From assembly GCA_051546255.1 (NCBI GenBank), contig CP128817.1, positions 682,001 to 746,000 on the forward strand: DNA of 64,000 nucleotides, in the 5' to 3' direction. Shown here piece by piece: positions 29,120 to 38,891 of this stretch (position 1 is the stretch's first letter; each line of letters opens with the position of its first letter). The notes under the pieces are model-generated. The model was not told where the DNA came from, ran no database searches, and saw only the letters and a program-made list of their open reading frames with translations. This DNA is from Meyerozyma guilliermondii (taxonomy: Eukaryota). The position numbers and the translations under genes were made by a program.

Positions 29120-29228
29120 ACTGAACGCAATCAGTAGCTTGAATGGCAGTTAATGGGCGGGCTGTCACCCGAGCTACTGAAAGTTTAATATTTTTTCGCC
29201 TTGAAATAAACAAGTCAGCCTCACTTAG

Positions 29229-30941
29229 CTACATACCACGAGCCGGGTGGGACATGCTCAACTCAAGTTGCTCAACCTTGTTTGATAACTGATGGGTCAA
29301 TTCTTCAATTTCCTTCTCGCGATCCTCAATGGTGGTATATTTGGACCGTCCTCTGCACACCCAGTAGATCACACAGTACGCAACGTAGACCGCTAAGACA
29401 ACACAAACGTAATTCATGTTACCAGCCGTCACGGGCATCACTGGAGGGAGACTGTAAAACACCGTAGCAAACACTGTCCAACAGACCAAGACGACATTTC
29501 CAACAAATCCAACCTTACCAAGCCAAAATGGCCCGTGCTTGATAGTATCCCGTCCCTTCAACAAGAGGAACGTAACTGGGATAGAATATGAAAGAAGCAA
29601 GAAAATGATGCATCCAATAACCATAGCATTATAAGCTGTAGTTGATCCCATGTAAATACACCCTATGACTGCGCACCAGGCGCATGACATCAAATGGGCA
29701 TTAATAGGAACTCCGGTTCGTGGACTCACTTTAGACCAGTAACGAGACCCTGGAAGTCCATTATCTCTTGCGAACGACCAGCACAATCTTGCTTGCCAGG
29801 TATGGGAATTGATATTGCAACCGATTGCTGTGAGCATGATCAACACCTCAAGTCCAATTGCTCCACCTCTCGATTGAAGTGCTTGGTAGAAAATGTCCAT
29901 GATGGGCACTCCAGTGTTGGAAGAGAATAATGCATCCAAATCACGAATGGATAAAAACATGCAGATTGAGTAGATGAACGAGGTAACAAAACCAATAGCC
30001 ACGGTTCCCATGATTGCAATAGGAATTTGTCTTTCAGGCTCAAGAAGTTCTTCTGCCATATGTGTTGCTGCGTCGAGACAACTAAAAGACCAATTTGGAT
30101 TGATAAGACCAACAATAAACGCAATGCCTGAAGACGACCAGCCGGTTCCATTCGAAAATTCCACAAACACAAACCTTGCATCTTGATAGTTACCAGAAGA
30201 TTTTGCAAGAACGACAATTGTAATCACAACGAACGAAGCTAACGATACGTATAACGAAGCCTTCAGGAAAGTTGGCAATGGTCTTTCCCACAAGTTGAAA
30301 ACCACCAATAATAAATTGACAATTTCGTATGTGATGAAAACTTGCCAAGTTTTAACCGTTTTGTTTGGGTCTCCAGTACCCAAAACGTACATTCCAACAA
30401 GCCCCGTTGCAATGGATATAGTGACGGAGGCACTGGTAAATACAGAACCAGCCCAACCAAGGGCACCACACATATAAGATGCAAAAGCAGCATATTTTTT
30501 GGGTGCAAGCTTCATCGTCCAATAGTATTGTCCACCGGCATTTGGCATTGCACTTGCAAGTTCCGAGAGAGAAGAACCAATTCCCAACGATATTGTAGCG
30601 ATGATAATGATACCGTATACAATGAGTAAGGGTCCACCGGATGAAATTCCTGTCACCAACGAAGCTGATATTCCGAACCATGAATTGGTAAGACCAAACC
30701 CCACACCCAAAAGTGATAAGACACCAAAGTTACGACGAAGTTCAGGCGCATAACCTGTCTCGGTTGCAAGTTTAAGGTTGGCTTGAGCTTCCTCCAACAA
30801 TATCCGTTCTTTATCTGTTCCAACGAGTCTCAGCAGCATAGGACCGTTAAACTTTGACAAGTCGTCACCATCGGAGCTGGAGTTCTGTTGCTGTATCTCG
30901 ATGCTGGCTGCGTCCTTTTCATTGGAAGAAACCATTGCCAT
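29229..30941 (-). CDS. HNM1: APC-superfamily choline/ethanolamine/GABA-type transporter, Hnm1-like
   Basis: ELRRNFGVLSLLGVGFGLTNSWFGIS, ELASAMPNAGGQYYW, WSFSCLDAATHMAEE, WQARLCWSFARD, MPVTAGNMNY; ATG at 30941 (or 30935). Exact paralogue uncertain. Confidence 0.8.
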   Translation of the reverse strand: MAMVSSNEKDAASIEIQQQNSSSDGDDLSKFNGPMLLRLVGTDKERILLEEAQANLKLATETGYAPELRRNFGVLSLLGVGFGLTNSWFGISASLVTGISSGGPLLIVYGIIIIATISLGIGSSLSELASAMPNAGGQYYWTMKLAPKKYAAFASYMCGALGWAGSVFTSASVTISIATGLVGMYVLGTGDPNKTVKTWQVFITYEIVNLLLVVFNLWERPLPTFLKASLYVSLASFVVITIVVLAKSSGNYQDARFVFVEFSNGTGWSSSGIAFIVGLINPNWSFSCLDAATHMAEELLEPERQIPIAIMGTVAIGFVTSFIYSICMFLSIRDLDALFSSNTGVPIMDIFYQALQSRGGAIGLEVLIMLTAIGCNINSHTWQARLCWSFARDNGLPGSRYWSKVSPRTGVPINAHLMSCAWCAVIGCIYMGSTTAYNAMVIGCIIFLLLSYSIPVTFLLLKGRDTIKHGPFWLGKVGFVGNVVLVCWTVFATVFYSLPPVMPVTAGNMNYVCVVLAVYVAYCVIYWVCRGRSKYTTIEDREKEIEELTHQLSNKVEQLELSMSHPARGM

Positions 30942-31199
30942 AGTTAGTACCCGTACCAATTCATGCACTTGCAATCATTTTATAGCTGAAATTTCAAATG
31001 TACTGTGCGCGCCTATCTTATCAGCGCTTTCCTCATCCGGGTATCTGATGCGGATCCGTAGATACGCCGTAAAAAATAAGTTAGCCGGGGAAGCATTGCT
31101 CCCCACAAACCCGAAGAGGAGAACTTCAATATTAGACTTTGCTGAAATAGCGTATCGATGAAACGGGACAAAATGGCCTAATTGACTGAAGTGACTTCG

Positions 31200-32966
31200 T
31201 CATACCATGGCATGTTCAGTGATAAGCTTTTCCCAATTGGTGAAGAAGATGAGTGCTGTCTCGCTTACGCCAATAACGACCATGCCGCTTCCGATTCCCA
31301 ACCAAAGTCCTATAAGACCGTAGCCATACCAATCGCTAAGAATCATAGCTAAAGGAAGCGCAAATGCATAGTAGGCTACCAAGTTGATAACACCGCCTAT
31401 TTTTTGCATACCTTGTGCCCTTATGATCCCGCTAGCAACCGATGCCAATCCGTCGAAAATCTGTATGATGGACACTAGTGGGTTGAGTAGCTGTACTATC
31501 TCGTCGATAACTTCCTGGTCTTTGGAGAAGAGCATGGCGATTTGGTATTTGAAAGTGTAGAGTGCAAAACAGTTAATAACTGCCACTACCAAGCCGATGA
31601 AGAGGGAAACATTTGTAGAAACCTTTGCCGAGTACGCATTTCCACCGCCAATAAAACTAGCAATCCGAGTGGAAGCTGCTATACTCACGGCATAAGGTAT
31701 CATATAAGTAAGCGATGCCATACTAGATACAGCACTCTGGGCAGCCAATGGCACAGTTCCGAAACGACTGGCAAATAACGTGATGATTTCATATGCCATG
31801 TACTCCGATTCCAACATGATAATACCAGGTATAGCAAGGTGACTAAGTTTAGCCCATTTTTTAAAAAGGTGCTTCAAGCTAGCAACGCCGAACCAGCACT
31901 CAGACCCATCGATGAACACAACGTAGAGCACCATGAGGAGACACATAAAGTAAAAATTTATGACAGTAGCAATGGGAGCTCCCACGTAGCCCACGCCGTA
32001 GGTTTTGTTCCACACCAAGAACCATGAAAGGAAAATATTAAGCGGTGCACTGACAAAAAGAATCACCGTTCCTGCCTCGAAAATACCCTGAGCTTGCAAG
32101 AATCTCTTCCCACACTCAAAGAAAATGTAAGCTGGGCCGCCAACGATCATTATGCGGAGAAACTGGTTGGTGAGACGCAACACTTGTGCACTTTCTATAA
32201 TGTAGCGCAAGAAAAAAGACGAATTCCACCATAAAAAAGCACACGGGATAAACACCACCCACGAGAACAATATACATCGCTGGACGTGCTCGCTGACCAA
32301 GTCAAAGCGTCCTGCTCCGTATGCCTGAGGACAAAGGGTATCGAGGGCCGTTGCAATGCCTTCAAAAATAGCGTATGTAATTGTAGAAGTCATAGTAGCC
32401 AAAGATACGGCGGCCAATTCGTCTTTTCCGAGATGACCCACCACCAACAAGCACACAATCGAGAAGAAATGTTCGAGAATGAAGGTGATAATGAGAGGAA
32501 GTGAATATCGTCCAAGAATCCGTAATTCTATAGGTACAGATGTAAGGAGGTTCACATAGTCCTCGTACTTTCCTAGCGATGACGACAGGCTTGCCGACGA
32601 CCGGGAAGATCGTGACAGTGTTAAATGACTTGTATGGTCGGACAGATCCAAGCCTTCGTCCTCGGAGTTGGCAGCCAGATATCGTCTTTGTTGCTCCTCC
32701 AAGAGCCAAGAGTGGAAAGATGCTTGATCGTCGTTCACAGACGAAAGAGTGGAAGGCAAGGATCGAGAAGTCGATACACTGGCAGCGTCGGAAACCTCGT
32801 CGTCATCTCGGGTGCTTTCGATGAGGGAAAGAAACGAGCGTTGATCTTCATCAGAGTCATAAAGAAAAAGTGGTTTATTAGTGGATGGTGGTATGAAAAG
32901 CCGGCGGCGACGACTTAGACCGCCATTAGGGTTTGCCAACCTATTTATGGTCAGGAAGAGAACCAT
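31200..32966 (-). CDS. ERC1: MATE-family efflux transporter (Erc1-like)
   Basis: VGHLGKDELAAVSLATM, ATALDTLCPQAYGA, KRFLQAQG, QIFDGL...RAQG; Ser-rich cytosolic N-terminus; ATG 32966. Confidence 0.85.
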   Translation of the reverse strand: MVLFLTINRLANPNGGLSRRRRLFIPPSTNKPLFLYDSDEDQRSFLSLIESTRDDDEVSDAASVSTSRSLPSTLSSVNDDQASFHSWLLEEQQRRYLAANSEDEGLDLSDHTSHLTLSRSSRSSASLSSSLGKYEDYVNLLTSVPIELRILGRYSLPLIITFILEHFFSIVCLLVVGHLGKDELAAVSLATMTSTITYAIFEGIATALDTLCPQAYGAGRFDLVSEHVQRCILFSWVVFIPCAFLWWNSSFFLRYIIESAQVLRLTNQFLRIMIVGGPAYIFFECGKRFLQAQGIFEAGTVILFVSAPLNIFLSWFLVWNKTYGVGYVGAPIATVINFYFMCLLMVLYVVFIDGSECWFGVASLKHLFKKWAKLSHLAIPGIIMLESEYMAYEIITLFASRFGTVPLAAQSAVSSMASLTYMIPYAVSIAASTRIASFIGGGNAYSAKVSTNVSLFIGLVVAVINCFALYTFKYQIAMLFSKDQEVIDEIVQLLNPLVSIIQIFDGLASVASGIIRAQGMQKIGGVINLVAYYAFALPLAMILSDWYGYGLIGLWLGIGSGMVVIGVSETALIFFTNWEKLITEHAMV

Positions 32967-33071
32967 TTTTGTAGCTTGTAGAATGCTGGTTTCGCGCAAA
33001 AGAAGCCAACTCCGAGGCCGCCCCACATACAGGCGTAAGATATATATTCTTTAGTTTACACAAATTGGTTC

Positions 33072-34418
33072 TTAGAATAGCATCCAAACGGCACCGCCGA
33101 GGATAATTGCAAGCACAATCGCCGTCAATACTCCGGCACCCGCCTTGTCCTTTCCAGTAATCTTCAATTCATTTTCGTTGATGTTATCTTGCGAGTCGAT
33201 ACCGGCATTGGGCTGACTCTTTGATGTTCCTCCGTTTTTGGAAGTGTATGGAGGATCAACGTCTCTAGCAAGCAACGCCATCATCACTTCCAAAGCACAC
33301 TGCTGCTCACCCAATCCATAAACTTCATCCCATTTCCCAGTGGACCAATTTTGACCGCACGTTACCCCGTCACTACCACCAGAACACGATTTAGCAGCTC
33401 CTTCAGCACTAGCCTCGACGTACGGTCTCATCTCATCGTACATATCGGGGACCAAGACCGACGTCAATTGAATACTCCGAGAGAACAAAGATCGGAACGA
33501 ACGCTGGTCATTGTTACACTTGGGGTCTCCGTTGTTCCAACACTGGGTTTCTTGCATAATCTTGTTGTCGTCAAAGAAAAATGACGACGCCACCTGCCAG
33601 ATTTCTTCCACTCTTTGTTTCCAGATGGCTTCCTCGGTATAGTTGTACATGTATGCCGCGCCCGACATGAAAATTCCATAGGTGTAAGACCACTTGAGAG
33701 TGGTGTGGTCCGTACAGTTTTCTTCGATGGGTGCACCATCATAGATCACCAATTCTCCATCGTCTTCATGGAAGAACAACTCTTCCATCCAGTCCCAAAC
33801 TTTTTCTGCTGTCTTGGCATAAGTGTCATTTTTGAGATAACGAGCCAAACGAGCCGATATATGGAAGAGACATCCATTGGAAATCGAGTTTTTGTAGTTG
33901 TAACCTGAGTTCCAAGTGAAAATCTGCCACCGCAAGCCTCCTCCACAGTGCTTTGTATCCCATCTCGAGTTCATAGTGTTGTAAATAGCCTGAGCCATCG
34001 ATAACCAACTGTGCTCTGGATCGGTAAAGTTACGCTCAACCGCAGCAATAATAGCCATACCCCAAACACCTTGATCATCATTTCCTTCGGTCAAAGACTG
34101 GTTGGAGGGGATGTAGTTGTACTGATCACCAGCCTGATGGTACATTCCATTGAATATAAGTTTTTCGAGTGATTTGTTTCCGCTGTCGCAGAATGTGAAA
34201 TAATCGAGCAAACCTCCAAAAGCTTCACCGGCATTCCACCAATAGTTTGGAGACGCAAACATGCCCACGGTACCTCCGTATTTCAATCCTTCGTAGTAGT
34301 TAAGTTCTCCATTGGCCACGTAAGAAGCAGCTTCACATATGGAATCCTTGTCGTTGACATCGATGGAAACTGCTGAAACCGTAGCCAATAATGCCAGAAC
34401 AAAGAAAAACGATCGCAT
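33072..34418 (-). CDS. DFG5: GH76 GPI-anchored mannan transglycosidase Dfg5
   Basis: Signal peptide, YWWNAGEAFG, TEGNDDQGVWG (catalytic DD), CGGGLRWQIF, C-terminal KAGAGVLT...WMLF GPI signal. Confidence 0.93.
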   Translation of the reverse strand: MRSFFFVLALLATVSAVSIDVNDKDSICEAASYVANGELNYYEGLKYGGTVGMFASPNYWWNAGEAFGGLLDYFTFCDSGNKSLEKLIFNGMYHQAGDQYNYIPSNQSLTEGNDDQGVWGMAIIAAVERNFTDPEHSWLSMAQAIYNTMNSRWDTKHCGGGLRWQIFTWNSGYNYKNSISNGCLFHISARLARYLKNDTYAKTAEKVWDWMEELFFHEDDGELVIYDGAPIEENCTDHTTLKWSYTYGIFMSGAAYMYNYTEEAIWKQRVEEIWQVASSFFFDDNKIMQETQCWNNGDPKCNNDQRSFRSLFSRSIQLTSVLVPDMYDEMRPYVEASAEGAAKSCSGGSDGVTCGQNWSTGKWDEVYGLGEQQCALEVMMALLARDVDPPYTSKNGGTSKSQPNAGIDSQDNINENELKITGKDKAGAGVLTAIVLAIILGGAVWMLF

Positions 34419-34814
34419 TTTCCTAGCTTTAAGCACTTTTAGATAACAATATTGCCGATAAAAGTCAATAGCTAGGGACAGCTGGAATGGAAACTAAAAA
34501 CATCGTTCTTATGATCTACCGCGCCTTGGCTAATTTTCCTTGTATACAGGTGGGCTGTGGGTGCGTCGATGTCTTGGTATTTGGGTACGATTTGGGAAGC
34601 GCGAAAGATGAGGGAACAGAGAGAAGTCAAGGTTATTAATAGAATCATATACTTTGCTCGTGCATTAGTCGTATGTACTGTTTGATTCTGACTACTGACT
34701 TTTTCCAGTCTTTAATCTTTATTTCGACAGTTTTCGTCAATCTTTATTCCGTCGACAACCTGTGATCGACAGTATTCAATCTTCATTCTTCTTTTGTTCT
34801 CTCTTCACTTTTAC

Positions 34815-35828
34815 TCATACACCCTCTCCCCTACCCTCTCCTTCCAAGTCAAATACCCGGAGTAGCTGTGTCAAGTTGGAAATCACCAACCGATTATTAG
34901 CAATGATGTGAAAATCTCCATCACTCAGATCGAGCTCCTGGGCTTGGTCGGTGAAACAGCCATCGAGCTGGCTTACAGGAATCTTTTTCCCAGAGAAAAA
35001 CTGCGATTGGCGGCGCCGGTCTAAATATACGCCGTTCCAGCCTGCTCGAACTGCTCCAAGAAAGTCCTTGTCGTAATCATCGCCGATATGCCAGCAATTT
35101 TCCAAGAATTGGGACGAGAGTCGGCGTTCACTGTGGTGCGAGCTGCGGTAGCGCTTGGCTATTGCGTCATAGAACTCTTTTTCGGGCTTGGCAGCGTCGA
35201 TTTCATACGAGATGTAGACATCCGAGTCGTTGATGTAATTGGAAACGCCGAGACTTTGGAGGATCTTCAAAACGCGAGGATCCGAATTGGTAGCCACGAC
35301 GGCGGATATATCGTGGTCCCGTAAAACTGAAAGCACGGGTATGACGTCGTCATATAATGCGTAAGCCTTATCGGAAGTGAAATGGTCCAAGAGTTTGCGG
35401 CACAATTTTGCTGAAGAATCGTCTTTGGAGTAATGAGGGATACCAAATAGCTTCACAATCAACTCCAGCCACCATTCATCGGTGGATTTGAGGCCACTAC
35501 GTTTCCCATAATTGTGATGTTCTCGTTGAAGTTCCAGATAGATCACTCCAAAATCTCTTTCGATGTCCTCCACCGACTTTTTTAGGCCCATTGAGCTTGC
35601 TATATCGCTGTACTGCTCTGCTACTGGCTTCCGTGGATAATATAATGTTCCAAACCCATCAAACGAAACGATTTCGGGCCTGGCAAAGACATCACTATTG
35701 TCTCTCATTTTGCGAGCATTTTGAATTTTGAACGGCTCTGAGACCAAAGATGACAATCCGCGTATGAATCTTCGTGAAAATCTATTTCGACTTGAAACAC
35801 TGCTTAATTCTGATACCAACCTTATCAT
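34815..35828 (-). CDS. HAD-superfamily hydrolase (HDHD3/YMR130W-like), probably mitochondrial
   Basis: SFDGFGTLY motif I, TNSDPR, AKPEKEFY, WHIGDDYDKDFLGAVRAGW; Arg/Ser-rich N-terminus from ATG 35828. Confidence 0.85.
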   Translation of the reverse strand: MIRLVSELSSVSSRNRFSRRFIRGLSSLVSEPFKIQNARKMRDNSDVFARPEIVSFDGFGTLYYPRKPVAEQYSDIASSMGLKKSVEDIERDFGVIYLELQREHHNYGKRSGLKSTDEWWLELIVKLFGIPHYSKDDSSAKLCRKLLDHFTSDKAYALYDDVIPVLSVLRDHDISAVVATNSDPRVLKILQSLGVSNYINDSDVYISYEIDAAKPEKEFYDAIAKRYRSSHHSERRLSSQFLENCWHIGDDYDKDFLGAVRAGWNGVYLDRRRQSQFFSGKKIPVSQLDGCFTDQAQELDLSDGDFHIIANNRLVISNLTQLLRVFDLEGEGRGEGV

Positions 35829-35950
35829 GAACAAATTCCAGATTTGTTGCTCGCTTCGCACAAACCGGTATATGCAAACCAGAAAGCCGCAACTACAACT
35901 ACTTGTAACTATTAGTGCCTTATGATATATGCTTTTGGCCAAATCTATAA

Positions 35951-38701
35951 CTAGCCTAACATCACCTCCCACCCCCACTCTCTCATGATGGTGCTCCAAT
36001 GCAGTTTTCCATTGATCCGGCCATGATTATCACTGGCTTGATCGTCATTGATTGCAGCCATTAGCCCGCTAATATGCTTGGTGAAATTCTTGACTTTTCC
36101 ATCGCCATGGACCCGAACCTCGGTGCTTTTACTTTCTGTCATCGCATCCTTGCGCTTCCAGACCTCTTTCACTACTTCTAGTGCTCTCTCAACATTTCCA
36201 ATCCAGAGCTTTTCTGAAAGTAATGCCCATCGTGATACACACCAGTCTCGTTCTTCTCCGGGAAGTGCTTCACAAGAAGCAACAAGTAGCGGAAAGATAT
36301 GAACAGTGTATGTGTGCGAAGTTGTAGGAATCGATGCCAAAAGTATAAATACTTTCTCTGCCAATTCGTGAGATGTTAAACATGGAATCTCAGGCACGGC
36401 TTGGTGCAAATAGAGAATGGATGCAAATCGATACGCCTCAGCAGTAGCAATACAAGAAGCTATGTCCCAAGTAGACTTTACTCCCGTTGCTTCGCCATCG
36501 TTGACCATACTTCTTGCTACCATATTATCAGATATGACAGGACGCCATTCAACAAGTTCCTGCTTTAGTTGAGTTGCTTGAGTTATAACCAGAAGTCCAT
36601 TCCTAAAACCATTCCTCATTTGAAGTTTGCGAACCTTAGAAATTAAGTTTGCAACCTTGCCAATAATCAGAAACAACGATTGGGCACATCCTAGCAAAGG
36701 ATCCACTTCCTCGGCATAAAATCCGAACGACTCCAAATTATCGAAAAAATCAAAAGATGCAACAGAGCCTTCAACAGGCCCTCCCTTTGACAGCTGGCTC
36801 GAGTCGGACTTCATACTTACCGATTCAGTGTCACCATCGATGCTCATGATCTTGCTCTTTTTCCGGTGCGATTCTTGGAGCATGTCGGTGATGGTAGCCA
36901 CCAAATCGAGGCCCTTGTCGTCCTGGTTCAGATAAGATGTCATTTGAGCAAGAACCTCAAAGTAAATCCAAATGTTGAACAAAAACTGCAAGCTTCGAGG
37001 GATTGAAATTCCTAGCGTGCCTGACATATCAGGAGTTTTATCATTAAGAATGTCGTCCCACTCATCGTCGTCCACCATAACAAGCTTCTTCTTCAAATCT
37101 TTCTTTTTCAGCTCAATGAGCTTTGACACTTCTAACGGTCCAGCAAGTGTTTTACGGTCTCGAGCTACTATATTCCTCTGGGTTTTGAGAAGAGTCAATA
37201 CCTTTTGAATCATACTTTTGGCACCTTTCAAATGTGCTATTCCACTGAAAATATGGGTATCCCAGGTTTCTGAAACTGCCAAGTTTAAGCACGCAGTCAA
37301 TGCTACATCGGCAGGTAATTCTGGTGTATTTTCCATTCCTTCGTCGTTCATTTTCGACAATCCACTTGCAAGCTCCAACACACACCGCTTCATATACAGA
37401 AAACCTCGCGAGCGCAAGGTGGTGCTGGCATCTGCGTCTCTCTGGTTGCCTGCCAAGTGAAACATGGTCATAGACGCAATGGAATTGAAAAGACACGGAT
37501 AGGTTGTGGCTAATGGAACGATAAGGTTACGCCACGGGTTTTCATTGGGTCCATTTTTGATAGACATAATGGTACAAGTATACTCTGAGTATAGGAAGAG
37601 TATTTGGGTTTGGTCCGAACTGCGAAGCAAGCTACTTGGCTGATGGGGACTGGCTGATACAGAACTCAAATTGTTTCCCTCGGTTGACGAAAGATCGTTA
37701 CGAGGAGATTCTGGATCAGACATGTTCATGATTTTGTTATCAGGCGCCGGAGAAAAGGTGATTGTTGGGTGTGACTGTTTCCCACTATAGAGAGAATCAT
37801 CTGGAGAAGAGATTCTGAAATCAGTATTGAGATTGAGTGGACTCAAAGGAATCTCTGGAGGTTTACCAGAGGAATCCGCAAAATCCTGTTCGAATCCCAG
37901 TCGAAATGCATTGTTGATGAGAGCCGAAAGTGACGGGGTTAGGTTGATATTGAAGTCGTTCTCTGACCTCTCGATAGGACTTCTCGTAACTAATCCACGA
38001 GAGTTCACATCCTTGTTAGAATAGCTTGGCAAGCTTGGCGAGAAAGGTACCTGGTTGAGATTGGGACTGGGAGCAGAAGGGCTCCGTTGTTGAATATGGT
38101 ATAGTTCCCGAGAGGGCAATGAAGGAGACGACCGCATGTTGATTTCGTCCACTGCAACTTCAACTAAAGATTGAAGACCGTCATTTCTGTCTCTTTCCAT
38201 AGCAGTCTTGCGAAAGTTGGAGATACTGGCTACATTATCCGCATTGTTCGTGCTGAGCGAACGAGGATGGTTCTTCATTCGAGGCACATTGTGAGATTCT
38301 TCGACTTTGGACTGACTGTAAGATCGTTTTAGCAGCGGTTTTGATGATTCCGAAGCGTTCGAATCACTCACATATGGAGACTGAGACCCTCGTCGGGGGT
38401 TCACACCTAATGCTATCATGTCATGTTCAGCCTTGATATCGTGAATGGTTTTTCCCGTCACTTGTAGCGACGCCAATTCCAAGTGTTTGTACAAAAAGCT
38501 CTTCTCGTCTTCCAGCTTCACATTGCCCTTTTCATTTAACGACCTCCACTTAAAATTTGTGGCGTATCCGCCACAATCTATAGCTTTTTGAACGCAATTA
38601 TTGCATCTTGGCTTCGTCTCATCGCATTTGATTCGTCGTTTCTTACAGGTAATACAGCCGTTGCGAGACTTTGTGACCTTTTTCTTTGGTGCGCTCGACA
38701 T
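35951..38701 (-). CDS. Zn(II)2Cys6 transcription factor with a C-terminal fungal-specific TF domain
   Basis: KSRNGCITCKKRRIKCDETKPRCNNC...C; ENPWR, HLKGA, VDPLLGC, IFPLLVASCE, EVVKEVW, HWSTIMREWGW. Confidence 0.92.
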   Translation of the reverse strand: MSSAPKKKVTKSRNGCITCKKRRIKCDETKPRCNNCVQKAIDCGGYATNFKWRSLNEKGNVKLEDEKSFLYKHLELASLQVTGKTIHDIKAEHDMIALGVNPRRGSQSPYVSDSNASESSKPLLKRSYSQSKVEESHNVPRMKNHPRSLSTNNADNVASISNFRKTAMERDRNDGLQSLVEVAVDEINMRSSPSLPSRELYHIQQRSPSAPSPNLNQVPFSPSLPSYSNKDVNSRGLVTRSPIERSENDFNINLTPSLSALINNAFRLGFEQDFADSSGKPPEIPLSPLNLNTDFRISSPDDSLYSGKQSHPTITFSPAPDNKIMNMSDPESPRNDLSSTEGNNLSSVSASPHQPSSLLRSSDQTQILFLYSEYTCTIMSIKNGPNENPWRNLIVPLATTYPCLFNSIASMTMFHLAGNQRDADASTTLRSRGFLYMKRCVLELASGLSKMNDEGMENTPELPADVALTACLNLAVSETWDTHIFSGIAHLKGAKSMIQKVLTLLKTQRNIVARDRKTLAGPLEVSKLIELKKKDLKKKLVMVDDDEWDDILNDKTPDMSGTLGISIPRSLQFLFNIWIYFEVLAQMTSYLNQDDKGLDLVATITDMLQESHRKKSKIMSIDGDTESVSMKSDSSQLSKGGPVEGSVASFDFFDNLESFGFYAEEVDPLLGCAQSLFLIIGKVANLISKVRKLQMRNGFRNGLLVITQATQLKQELVEWRPVISDNMVARSMVNDGEATGVKSTWDIASCIATAEAYRFASILYLHQAVPEIPCLTSHELAEKVFILLASIPTTSHTYTVHIFPLLVASCEALPGEERDWCVSRWALLSEKLWIGNVERALEVVKEVWKRKDAMTESKSTEVRVHGDGKVKNFTKHISGLMAAINDDQASDNHGRINGKLHWSTIMREWGWEVMLG

Positions 38702-38891
38702 GATGGTGTGATCTTCTGCTTACTTTCTCCAGAAGACTCTTTACCCAGTTGAAATGCCAGTTTTCATGCTTATCAGTGCGGATAGCATGTCCCAATGCGG
38801 AAATCCTACGCCGATAACGCGCTAGACAGCTGTGCGCCCTGCAGGACGTCAGTGATTTGTGCAAGTTTACCCGCGAGACGTTGGTAGCAGT

